Shown here piece by piece: positions 1 through 9,032 of a stretch of 64,000 bases of DNA. The position numbers were made by a program, and so were the translations under genes. Origin of the DNA: an uncultured Candidatus Poseidoniales archaeon (GTDB taxonomy: Archaea; Thermoplasmatota; Poseidoniia; Poseidoniales; Thalassarchaeaceae). How positions within the stretch are numbered: the stretch's first letter is position 1; each line of letters starts with the position of its first letter. The DNA is taken from contig CAZMVZ010000001.1 of NCBI GenBank assembly GCA_964570065.1, positions 41,652 to 105,651 on the forward strand, read 5' to 3'. The notes beneath the pieces were generated by a model. It was not told where the DNA came from. It did not search any database and was given only the letters and a program-made list of their open reading frames with translations.

Positions 1-1221
1 CGTAGGCTTCGTCTCAAGAAGTCACTTGCGGAACTATCCGGAATGAAGGGCATGGGAACCGAGTTGGTTACTGTCATAATCCCACCTGACAGAATGATTA
101 GCGATGTTCGCCATCATCTCGGAAATGAGGCCGGTCAAGCAGCAAACATCAAGTCAAAATCCACGAAGAAGCATGTTACTGATGCCATAGAATCAGCAAT
201 TTCTACACTTAATCGATACAAGACGCCAGGAGAGGGCGGAATCGCAATTTTCGTCGGTCACGTTATCGTCGGAAATAACAAATCAAGGCTGATGTCGACT
301 GTGATCGACGATCCTCCTGAGCCATTTCCGTCCTTCAGATACAGGTGTGACTCAACCTTCGAGATCAGTCAGCTGGAAGAGATGCTCATCGATAGAACTT
401 CATATGCTCTTTTTGTCATCGATAGATCGGAGGCAGCTTATGGGTTGGCTTCAGGAAAAAGACTTCATTGTCAAGAGCATATCACATCACTAGTCCCTTC
501 GAAGCATGGCAGAGGTGGGCAATCTGCACAAAGGTTCGAGAGGCTGATTGAGGAGGCAGCTCATAACTTCTTCAAGAAAGCAGCAGAAAGAGCGTCAAAC
601 TACTGGCTCCCGATGGTCCAGGATCTGAAAGGGGTAATTATCGGTGGGCCAGGGGCGACAAAGGACTTCGTTGTGAAGAATGACTATTTCCATCACGAAA
701 TCAAGAAACTGATCGCTGAACCTTTCTTTGATGTGGGCTATTCGAATGAGAGTGGCCTGAGGGAGTTGATTCAACGTGCCGGCTCAACAATGGATCAGAT
801 AGAGTTAGATGTCGAACGCACAATCGTCGATGAATTCTTGCAGGAGGTGATGAAGTCAAACCCAAAGGCGACTTATGGGGAGGTGATGATTCGTTCCGCA
901 TTGGACCAAGGTGCAGTTTCCACCCTTCTTCTCTCCGAGGCACTAACAAAGAGGAGGGTCACCTGGTTTTGTAAGGGGTGCAAGAATGAGTGGGTAACCA
1001 CTCATGAAAAGTCATCCGCAATCCCTATTTGCCCTGAGTGCAAATCTGAAAAGGTCATTGAGGACGAGGACAATTCAATGGATATCATCGATGAACTAAC
1101 GATATTGGCCGGACACACTTCTGCAAAGGTTCGACTAATCTCACTGGATACCGAGGAGGGTTCGACCCTCCATACTTCTTTCGGCGGAATCGCCGCACTG
1201 TTGAGGTACCAAATTTCTTGA
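1..1221 (+). CDS. prf1: Peptide chain release factor aRF1 (5' end probably outside the window)
   Basis: NIKS motif (AANIKSK), YRCD and GGQ motif (KHGRGGQSAQRF), C-terminal GGIAALLRY. The frame is open from base 1 (RRLRLKKSLAELSG) into the listed ATG at 43. Contains a CxxC...CxxC insert. Confidence 0.95.
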   Translation, partial: RRLRLKKSLAELSGMKGMGTELVTVIIPPDRMISDVRHHLGNEAGQAANIKSKSTKKHVTDAIESAISTLNRYKTPGEGGIAIFVGHVIVGNNKSRLMSTVIDDPPEPFPSFRYRCDSTFEISQLEEMLIDRTSYALFVIDRSEAAYGLASGKRLHCQEHITSLVPSKHGRGGQSAQRFERLIEEAAHNFFKKAAERASNYWLPMVQDLKGVIIGGPGATKDFVVKNDYFHHEIKKLIAEPFFDVGYSNESGLRELIQRAGSTMDQIELDVERTIVDEFLQEVMKSNPKATYGEVMIRSALDQGAVSTLLLSEALTKRRVTWFCKGCKNEWVTTHEKSSAIPICPECKSEKVIEDEDNSMDIIDELTILAGHTSAKVRLISLDTEEGSTLHTSFGGIAALLRYQIS

Positions 1222-1252
1222 GGTGATTTGAATTAGAGATCTAATTGATGAG

Positions 1253-2971
1253 ATGGCCCCAACCTTCTCCAAAGCCATGAAATCACTGGAAGTAGATGAC
1301 TCAGTCTGGCTTCCGTTAATCGGAAGAGCAACGGTTGAGGATCACGGGGACGTAGCGCTTCCATGCCATTCTCTGGCAAGTAGGTTGAGAAAATCCCCCC
1401 AGGATATTGCAGAGCAAATCTGCATGCTCGTCAAGGAAGATCTAGATCCGTTTGCAACCGTCTCATCAATTAGTGGATTCGTGAACGTTAGTGCAAAACC
1501 AGCATGGCTATCAAATTCACTTTCCACTCTCATCTCCGATCACAGATTGGGCATCGAGTTGGAAAAACCACTCACATTCGCTATCGACTATTCGGCTCCA
1601 AACGTCGCTAAGGAGATGCACGTCGGTCACCTGAGGTCGACTGTAATAGGGGATTCAATTGTCAGAATGCTCGAATTCAAGGGACATAGGGCGATTAGGG
1701 AGAATCACGTAGGTGACTGGGGTACCCCATTCGGTATGTTGATCGAGCATCTTCTAGATCTCGGCGAGGATCAGGCGGCAAATGAGTTGGGCGTTGGTGA
1801 TCTGGACTCATTCTACAAACAGGCCAGGGTCAAATTTGTCTCTGATGATGAGTTTGCTGATCGATCGAGAAGCAGGGTTGTTCTCCTTCAAGGAGGAGAT
1901 CCAGAGACGCTTCGGCTCTGGAGGGTTCTGGTTGACGAATCAATGAGGTATTTCAACGAGGTTTACTCAATGCTAGGAGTTCTACTAACCGATGAAGACA
2001 TCAGAGGGGAGTCAAGCTACCATAACTTGCTTCCAGAGGTCGTTGAACGACTCAAGAAAGTGGGGATCCTGGAGGAGAGCGAGGGTGCAGATGTTGTTTT
2101 CCCGGGCGGATGGGTCAATCGCGAAGGGGAGCCACTTCCAATGATAATCAGGAAGGCAGATGGGGGCTACAACTACAGCACTTCAGATCTGGCATGTATT
2201 ATCGATAGAGTCGAGAGACTGGGCTGCGATGGATTCCTGTATGTAGTAGGTACTCCCCAGAAGCAGCACTTCGAGATGGTCTTCCAAGTCGCAAAGCAAG
2301 CTGGGTTCATGAACGATAATCATCAAGCTGTGCACGTTAATTTCGGCTCGGTTCTTGATACAGATGGAAAGGTTCTGAAGAGCAGGGAGGGGGAGGTCAT
2401 CAAACTCCATGATCTCCTAGAAGAAGCAATCAGGAGGGCAGATGATGCAATCAATGAGAAGAATCCAGAATTGGTCGGGGATGAAAGGGACCAGGTTGCT
2501 CGGACCGTGGGTATTGGCGCCGTCAAGTACGCCGACCTCTCCACCGAGAGAACGAAAGACTACGTTTTTGATTGGGAAAGGATGCTATCTTTCGATGGAA
2601 ACACGGCCCCATATCTTCAATATGCATATGCCAGGATATGCAGCATTTTCAGAAAATGGGGTGGTGACCGGGAATCCCTCCGTGACGTTGTTTTTGTCCT
2701 ATCCAATGCACAAGAATTGACTCTTTCCAGAAGGCTTGCAGAGTTCCCCTCAATTTTTGATAACTCATTTGACACATTCAGCCCTCACAAACTTTGTACT
2801 CACTTGCATTCAATCGCCTCAGCATTCGCTTCATTTTACGAGAATTGCAATGTTCTGAAGGAGGAGGATGAGGATATTGCCAACAGCCGTCTAGCATTGT
2901 GTGAGCTAACTGCTCGAGAACTCCAACTGGGATTGGGGATAATGGGAATCGATGTTCCGGAGAGAATGTGA
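1253..2971 (+). CDS. argS: Arginine--tRNA ligase
   Basis: IDYSAPNVAKEMHVGHLRST (HIGH motif), NHVGDWGTPFG, GNTAPYLQYAYARICSI, C-terminal ERM. Confidence 0.97.
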   Translation: MAPTFSKAMKSLEVDDSVWLPLIGRATVEDHGDVALPCHSLASRLRKSPQDIAEQICMLVKEDLDPFATVSSISGFVNVSAKPAWLSNSLSTLISDHRLGIELEKPLTFAIDYSAPNVAKEMHVGHLRSTVIGDSIVRMLEFKGHRAIRENHVGDWGTPFGMLIEHLLDLGEDQAANELGVGDLDSFYKQARVKFVSDDEFADRSRSRVVLLQGGDPETLRLWRVLVDESMRYFNEVYSMLGVLLTDEDIRGESSYHNLLPEVVERLKKVGILEESEGADVVFPGGWVNREGEPLPMIIRKADGGYNYSTSDLACIIDRVERLGCDGFLYVVGTPQKQHFEMVFQVAKQAGFMNDNHQAVHVNFGSVLDTDGKVLKSREGEVIKLHDLLEEAIRRADDAINEKNPELVGDERDQVARTVGIGAVKYADLSTERTKDYVFDWERMLSFDGNTAPYLQYAYARICSIFRKWGGDRESLRDVVFVLSNAQELTLSRRLAEFPSIFDNSFDTFSPHKLCTHLHSIASAFASFYENCNVLKEEDEDIANSRLALCELTARELQLGLGIMGIDVPERM

Positions 2972-3011
2972 ATCTAGGCATGTTCAAAATATGCAGCCTC
3001 TTGCCGTCTCC

Positions 3012-3476
3012 ATGGTTAAAGTAGGCGATAAGGCCCCTGATTTTACATTGAAGAACACCTCAAAGGAAGCAGTAACACTATCCGACTATCGTGGAAAGAC
3101 TGTGATTTTAGCATTCTATCCGGGAGCATTTACGGGGGTTTGCGACAAAGAGATGTGCTCATTTCAAGAAAACCTTACCATTCTGAACGATTGCAATGCG
3201 ACTGTATTTGGAATCAGCGTAGACTCCCCTTGGGCCAACGCAGAGTTCGCGAGTAGATACAACTTAGAATTTGAATTACTTTCAGATCTGGATAGGGATG
3301 TCGTCGAGTCATACGATGCAAAATTTGTCGGGCTCGGTGGTCTCGATGGTTATGTCAGTGCAAACCGAGTAGTCATAATAATCGATACTCAGGGAACAGT
3401 CCAGTATCGTTGGGTCGCTGAAAATCCAGGGGTCGAGCCAGATTACGAAGCAGTGGTTTCTTTCTGTGCTGCTTAG
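3012..3476 (+). CDS. Peroxiredoxin (AhpC/TSA, BCP/AhpE-like)
   Basis: VGDKAPDFTL and FYPGAFTGVCDKE (PxxxTxxC). Start placed at ATG 3012 because the longer ORF overlaps argS. Confidence 0.9.
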   Translation: MVKVGDKAPDFTLKNTSKEAVTLSDYRGKTVILAFYPGAFTGVCDKEMCSFQENLTILNDCNATVFGISVDSPWANAEFASRYNLEFELLSDLDRDVVESYDAKFVGLGGLDGYVSANRVVIIIDTQGTVQYRWVAENPGVEPDYEAVVSFCAA

Positions 3477-5029
3477 CCCCATGCTAGGTGACGAACCAGA
3501 GAACCGTAGATGATCCCCGAAACAGCTAGGCTCTCTTCGTTGAATCGATCCATGTTGTCCAAGTAGGTGTGGTATTCTGACGAGCCGGAGCCATAGCACA
3601 TCATTGCCAATCCAAACTCATCCATCTCTTCCTGGTGTATTCCAAAAACGAATGGCGCATGGTCAGAGTTGTATGGCATCTGCTCCGATGCAAGCTCCCT
3701 AACGCTAATGCTGTATCTTTCGTACAGTTCTGGGTGGGACTCAGCAAACTCGTCAACCAAACCCTCTATGTGTTTAACATCCGTTGCACTGTTCCCCTGC
3801 AGAATCACTCCGGAGTTCCTCTCGGCATCTACATGGTTCATATCGAGGTTGATGTACAGTCTTAGGTTATCCTCCAGCATTTCCCTATGCTTGCTGACCC
3901 ATTCCGAGGAGCCCCAGAGGCCTTCTTCTTCCCCACCCCATGTGCAGAAGTAGATCGTCAATCCAGGTTCTCCCAGTTCTTCTTGCAACAAGCCGAATTG
4001 CCTAGCCATCTCCATCACAGTGGCGGTTCCTGCCGTATTGTCCACAGCTCCTTGCCCATTGTATACGGTGTCATGATGGGAACCAATTACGACCAACTCA
4101 TCGGTCTCGCCCTCGATAATCCCGCAAGGGACATGGATGTTGCCATTGTTCTGGTTGTCAACCTCAATTCGGAATTCTAGCATCCCTTCTGAGTTGACTA
4201 CCTGGTCACGGATAGACTCACCGACGCTCCTCGAGACCATTACGAACCCGATGTCGTAGGGCCTTTCCTCAAACTGAGTGATATCCAGAGATTTAGAGTA
4301 GGGGACGCAATCACCAGATACCAACTCATCACAATTTTGTCTGGAATTTACCGTAATCAGGCCTCTCAGTCCATTCTCTTGGGCCCGCGTCATCAGTATT
4401 GTGTTGCTCTCGGTTCCCGGCTGACCATTCTCGCCATCCAACAGCCATACCAATCCAATGCCATTACTGGCAGCACTCCAATCCTGTGTTTGATTCCCCA
4501 TGGCCAAGTCAATCACGTGGACATCACTGCTCGCTGGAATATTCACGCTTCCGCTGTATCCCTGGACGACGAAATCTGACCTGTGCTCGAATTGCACCTC
4601 ATCTCTGTCCAAGTCCGCAACAGAGCAAGGTGCTGGACCCCCGAAAATTCCCCCAACGTTACCAGGTAGGCAGATCATCATTTCGAATGTGTTGCCCATG
4701 TAGTATAGTGGAACCTCGAACTCTTCGAGAGTAGAGGGCAATCCGCTGTTCGAGAAATTGGTCTTGATCGATTGTGCAGCATTCTCCTCTTCCACAGTTC
4801 CAGAAAGCCTCCCCCCCCAGTCAGGATCTCCGAGGTCAACCAGCCCTTGGGCATACGCCCTAGTTTGGTTGGTGTCGAAGTCAATTAACTCGTATTCTTG
4901 CTCTCCCTTGATCCATCTTGCTAGGTCTTCCCCGAACAAAACCCCGCCTCCCGCCGCACCGAGGACGATCATACCTACGACGATAATTGTGGAAGCCGGC
5001 TTACCAAAACTAGGCGACCATTCAGTCAT
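3473..5029 (-). CDS. Membrane-anchored M28 family zinc aminopeptidase with PA-like insert
   Basis: N-terminal TM helix; SHHDTV, GAVDNTAG, GGEEEGLWGS, NLDMN, SDH and YHT motifs. Confidence 0.88.
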   Translation of the reverse strand: MTEWSPSFGKPASTIIVVGMIVLGAAGGGVLFGEDLARWIKGEQEYELIDFDTNQTRAYAQGLVDLGDPDWGGRLSGTVEEENAAQSIKTNFSNSGLPSTLEEFEVPLYYMGNTFEMMICLPGNVGGIFGGPAPCSVADLDRDEVQFEHRSDFVVQGYSGSVNIPASSDVHVIDLAMGNQTQDWSAASNGIGLVWLLDGENGQPGTESNTILMTRAQENGLRGLITVNSRQNCDELVSGDCVPYSKSLDITQFEERPYDIGFVMVSRSVGESIRDQVVNSEGMLEFRIEVDNQNNGNIHVPCGIIEGETDELVVIGSHHDTVYNGQGAVDNTAGTATVMEMARQFGLLQEELGEPGLTIYFCTWGGEEEGLWGSSEWVSKHREMLEDNLRLYINLDMNHVDAERNSGVILQGNSATDVKHIEGLVDEFAESHPELYERYSISVRELASEQMPYNSDHAPFVFGIHQEEMDEFGLAMMCYGSGSSEYHTYLDNMDRFNEESLAVSGIIYGSLVRHLAWG

Positions 5030-5092
5030 GTTATGGCAATTGAACTCTTTCCACCACTATTGAACCCATTCCAGAGTCGGTCATGTTGGGCA

Positions 5093-5674
5093 TCAATCTT
5101 CAGCTCCGACCTCTTCGCCAGTCCATCTTTTTCCCAAGGAGTGCTCAATGTCTAACTGGTCCAGTATCCTTGCCACTACAAAGTCAACTAGATCCCCAAT
5201 GCCTCTAGGTGAGTGGTAGAATCCTGGACTTCCAGGAAGGATGACGACTCCCCACTCGGAGAGGTTGTACATCGCTTTCAGATGAGGAGTGGAGTAAGGG
5301 GCCTCCCTTGGAACTACGATCAGTTTCCTCCTTTCCTTCATTGCCACCAAAGCACTCCTGGTTGCAAGGTTGTCACTAATTCCGGCAGCGATTTTCCCAA
5401 TGGTTGTGCCACTGGCCGGACAAATAACATACGCATCGAATCTAGCAGACCCCGATGCTGCTCTAGCAGCAAGGTTCGCATTATCTTCGAGATTCACACC
5501 TTCTCTATCAGCCAATTCGCGAGGGGTGATGCCGCATTCAAGATCCAGATTAATGGCACCAGTGCTAGTGACTATCAGGTTCACAGACCACTTGTGTTCG
5601 ACCAGCGCTTCAATCAGTCTGACGCAGTACTGCGCTCCCGATGCCCCAGTAAGTGCGACAACGGCCTCAGGCAT
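5093..5674 (-). CDS. ubiX: Flavin prenyltransferase UbiX
   Basis: VALTGASGAQY, ASGS, CPASGTTIGKIAAG, KERRKLIVVPREAP, PGFYH, VDFVVARILD. Start set at MPEAVV. Confidence 0.95.
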   Translation of the reverse strand: MPEAVVALTGASGAQYCVRLIEALVEHKWSVNLIVTSTGAINLDLECGITPRELADREGVNLEDNANLAARAASGSARFDAYVICPASGTTIGKIAAGISDNLATRSALVAMKERRKLIVVPREAPYSTPHLKAMYNLSEWGVVILPGSPGFYHSPRGIGDLVDFVVARILDQLDIEHSLGKRWTGEEVGAED

Positions 5675-5716
5675 GCCATCGCGGCATACCCCCATCCATT
5701 CAATGGTTTCCCAACC

Positions 5717-6907
5717 TCACATCGACTGTTCCAGGCACTCTGCAAGGAACTCATACTCTTCGACGCTGTTGTAAAGTTGCGCTGATATTCTGATGTATCT
5801 CCTACCATGGTGCCTCCATGGGAAAACAGGGACTTGTATCCCAAACTCATCTAGAAGGTAGTTGTGATAGGGGTCGCCCTCCATGCTCATCGGCCCCACC
5901 TCTTCCTCCCCGGGCATCTCCACTGAAGCTATCGATGAGACCAATGAGTCAGGAACTGGCTCCGTGGTCCCGAGTGCCTCGCAGAGAATCTTCCTCCCCT
6001 CTAGTGCCAATGACCGGTTTCTTTCCATTATCTCCGGCCATCCGCCTTCGACGAGGGCACCTAGGAAATCAATCGCTAGTGGTATGCATAGCCAAGGGGT
6101 CGGGTCTTGGGTCCCCGGCCACCCAAACTCAAACTCGAACTTTTCTTGGTCGGTGCCTTCGAAGCTGGCACCGTGGCTTATGCTTAACGGCCTCACCACA
6201 TTCTTGAGATCAGACCTAATGTGGAGGAAGGCAGAACCCTTCGGAGTGCAGAGCCATTTGTGGCAATTCCCTGTGCAATAAGCAGCATCAAGATCCCTGA
6301 GATTCAGAGGAACAATGCCGGGCCCATGTGCCGCATCAAGGAGCACATCAACTCCTGATGACTGCAACTCTAAGACGAGCCTTTCGAAGGGCATCCTTAG
6401 ACCTGTGGCGCTAGTCACGGTATCCACCATGGCTAGGACTGTTCGTTCGGTAACAGAACTCATCATCAGGTCTACGATTTCATCCTCTTCCTTTATTCTG
6501 AATGGGACTTCTACAACCACTGTCTTCGCACCCGCTCTTTCCGTAACGAAGTCGACAGCATTCCAACATGCCTGGTAGCTGTGGTTGGTGACTAGTATCT
6601 CATCACCGGGATTTAGGACAAGGCTTCTGAGTACCGTGTTCACCCCTTCTGTGGTATTCTTCACGAATGCCATCCCCTCTGGATCCGCATTCATGAATTC
6701 TGCAAGTTTTTTTATCGAGGAATTGATCATAGGGATGTAATCTCTTTCAAAGAACCTGACCGGGTCACTCTCGATGGTTTCCCTAAGTCTACTTTGCTCT
6801 TCAAGAACTGCTATGGGCGTTGCTCCGAAGGAGCCATGATTCAGAAAACAGGTTTCTTTGGATAGCATCCAGTGCTCAGCCAAATCACTTCTCGGGGGCC
6901 TGTTCAC
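5717..6907 (-). CDS. Class V PLP-dependent enzyme (isopenicillin N epimerase / cysteine-S-conjugate lyase-like)
   Basis: FLNHGSFGA, DAAHG, GNCHKW (PLP lysine), GTQDP, IRISAQLYN. GTG at 6907 overlaps the lipB stop (GTGA); the ORF track starts at 6928. Confidence 0.85.
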   Translation of the reverse strand: MNRPPRSDLAEHWMLSKETCFLNHGSFGATPIAVLEEQSRLRETIESDPVRFFERDYIPMINSSIKKLAEFMNADPEGMAFVKNTTEGVNTVLRSLVLNPGDEILVTNHSYQACWNAVDFVTERAGAKTVVVEVPFRIKEEDEIVDLMMSSVTERTVLAMVDTVTSATGLRMPFERLVLELQSSGVDVLLDAAHGPGIVPLNLRDLDAAYCTGNCHKWLCTPKGSAFLHIRSDLKNVVRPLSISHGASFEGTDQEKFEFEFGWPGTQDPTPWLCIPLAIDFLGALVEGGWPEIMERNRSLALEGRKILCEALGTTEPVPDSLVSSIASVEMPGEEEVGPMSMEGDPYHNYLLDEFGIQVPVFPWRHHGRRYIRISAQLYNSVEEYEFLAECLEQSM

Positions 6908-7578
6908 ACCAGCATCTCCGGACTCCAATCCACAGGGTTATTCGGTACCCTTCCAAGATTTTCCTCGCAAGTCAGTATCAGGCTCTCCTCAACTCTCTCG
7001 AAGTTAATTGTAAGCCCCCGGTCGTCTTTATTATACCCCAGTTTCGAAAGGCTGGTGTGAGTGCCTGCGGGAATGCCACAGCATTCCAAGTCCTGCACTC
7101 TGGACCCGGGAGTGTCTATGTTGATCGACATCCCATGGCGACTAACCCAATGGAGGAATGATAGACCGATTGAGCAAATCTTGTGCCCATCGACCCATGC
7201 TCCTTGCATCGCATCATCCCTGTATGCGGAAACCCCGCATCCGGCAAGGGCCGCAATCGCCCAAGATTCCAGCCTCCCAATTATCCCTCTGATGCTCTGA
7301 TCACCGACTTCCCACTTTACAATCGGATATACGACAAGTTGACCCGGTCCATGCCAAGTAATACCCCCGCCTCTGTCTGTGAGGCAAGTTGGATACCCAT
7401 CAACGACGACATTGTCACGGACTGCCTTGGGTCCAATCGTCACTACCTCTGGGTGCTGTACGAAGATTAAGGTGTCACCAACCTCGTCTGCAATCCTCCT
7501 TTTCTGGAGATCCTTCATTGACTCAGCCATTACTTGATAGTCTACTATCCCGCACCTTAGTACGTCGATTCCGCCCAT
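6904..7578 (-). CDS. lipB: Lipoyl(octanoyl) transferase LipB
   Basis: QHPEVVTIG, DRGGGITWHGPGQLVVYP, KICSIG, HGMSIN, ECCG. ATG 7578 is preceded by GAGG. Confidence 0.92.
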   Translation of the reverse strand: MGGIDVLRCGIVDYQVMAESMKDLQKRRIADEVGDTLIFVQHPEVVTIGPKAVRDNVVVDGYPTCLTDRGGGITWHGPGQLVVYPIVKWEVGDQSIRGIIGRLESWAIAALAGCGVSAYRDDAMQGAWVDGHKICSIGLSFLHWVSRHGMSINIDTPGSRVQDLECCGIPAGTHTSLSKLGYNKDDRGLTINFERVEESLILTCEENLGRVPNNPVDWSPEMLV

Positions 7579-7586
7579 TCGACCCC

Positions 7587-9023
7587 TCAATTGATGTGGA
7601 TGGCATGCCCTAGGGTCTTGAGTACGCTCTCGTGGAATGCCTCTGACATCGTTGGATGGGCATGAACAGTCCCTGCCACGTCCTCAAGTAACGCTCCCAT
7701 TTCCAGGGCCAACACGAACTCAGCGTGCAACTCCGCCACGTGGCTGCCCACTGCTTGAACTCCTAGGATAACGTGATCCGACTCTCTGGCTGTCACTCGG
7801 ATGAAACCCCCCGTCTTCTCGGCCTCTAGGCTCAATGCTCTCCCATTTGCAGCAAGCGGGAACTTCCCGACAATGATTTCCTCGCCCCTTTCTTTGGCTT
7901 CATCAGGAGTAAGGCCGACAGACACTATCTCAGGTTCCGTAAAGACGATTGCGGGGATGGCTACCTTGTCGAATTCTCGTTTATGACCAGCGATAATCTC
8001 CGCCACCATCTCCCCTTCTGCACTAGCCTTGTGTGCAAGCATCGGCTCTCCTGCGACGTCCCCAATTGCGAATACCCCTGGAACCGATGTTCTGCATCGC
8101 CTATCGGTTCTTATGAAACGCCCCGAACCATCCATCCTAATCCCGGTGTTTTCCAATCCCCATCCTTTGGTATTGGGCTTCCTTCCCACCGTGACTAGAA
8201 CCTTGTCCACCTTCACCTTGTGCTCAGTTCCATCTTTCTCAAATGTCAACTCGACCTTTTTCGATGCCCCCTTGCCCTTGATTTCGACACCTCTGGCCAG
8301 TGAATCGGTGTGGACTGAAACCTTGTGCTTCTTCAGCCATAGTTCCAGTGGCCTCCTGATCTCCTTGTCCATAATCGCCAAGATGCTACTCATGCCCTCT
8401 ACTACAGTAATCTCAGAACCCAGCTTAGCGAACGCGCACCCCAATTCGAGGCCAATATATCCTCCTCCTACAATTGCAACACTCTTCGGCAGTGATTCTA
8501 GGTCCAATGCCCCGGTAGAGGATAGGACAAACTCCTCGTCACATGGCATGAATGGCAAATCTATGTGGCTAGAACCAGTAGCGATGATGATGTTCTCTGC
8601 TTCTATCTTCACACTGTCGTCACCAGTATCGACGGTGCAACTCTTGGGGCCATCGAAACTGGCCCATCCCTTGATCAAGTCAGCTCCAGCTGCTTTGAGA
8701 AGACCCTCCACGCCCTTGTTCAATCTATCAACAATGGAGTCCTTCCAAGATACTAGCCCCCCCATGTCAACTTCAGCATCACCTTTGACAAACAGGCCCA
8801 TGTGGCCCCCTTCAGCAGAGTGCTGGCGAAGGGACTCAAACCTCTCTGCAGCGTGGATGATTGCCTTGCTTGGAATACACCCTCTGATTAGGCAAGTCCC
8901 TCCTGCCTTGTCACCCTCCACGACAATCGTGTCAAGCCCCAGTTGTGCTGACCGTATTCCCGCCACGTATCCTCCCGGTCCAGCTCCAATTACCAAGACC
9001 TGGCACTTGCGTGATTCTGCCAT
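7587..9023 (-). CDS. lpdA: Dihydrolipoyl dehydrogenase (E3)
   Basis: GAGPGGY, GGTCLIRGCIPSK redox disulfide, GGGYIGLE, HAHPTMSE. Confidence 0.97.
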   Translation of the reverse strand: MAESRKCQVLVIGAGPGGYVAGIRSAQLGLDTIVVEGDKAGGTCLIRGCIPSKAIIHAAERFESLRQHSAEGGHMGLFVKGDAEVDMGGLVSWKDSIVDRLNKGVEGLLKAAGADLIKGWASFDGPKSCTVDTGDDSVKIEAENIIIATGSSHIDLPFMPCDEEFVLSSTGALDLESLPKSVAIVGGGYIGLELGCAFAKLGSEITVVEGMSSILAIMDKEIRRPLELWLKKHKVSVHTDSLARGVEIKGKGASKKVELTFEKDGTEHKVKVDKVLVTVGRKPNTKGWGLENTGIRMDGSGRFIRTDRRCRTSVPGVFAIGDVAGEPMLAHKASAEGEMVAEIIAGHKREFDKVAIPAIVFTEPEIVSVGLTPDEAKERGEEIIVGKFPLAANGRALSLEAEKTGGFIRVTARESDHVILGVQAVGSHVAELHAEFVLALEMGALLEDVAGTVHAHPTMSEAFHESVLKTLGHAIHIN

Positions 9024-9032
9024 CTGAGTCCC

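Noticed and set aside
4811..4818. C8 homopolymer in the M28 peptidase gene as a phase-variation tract
   Set aside because: Short, in frame (encodes W-G-G), and no evidence of slippage
8029..9027. 332-aa plus-strand ORF antisense to lpdA
   Set aside because: Shadow ORF of a highly conserved gene; Ser/Pro/Thr-rich with no motifs
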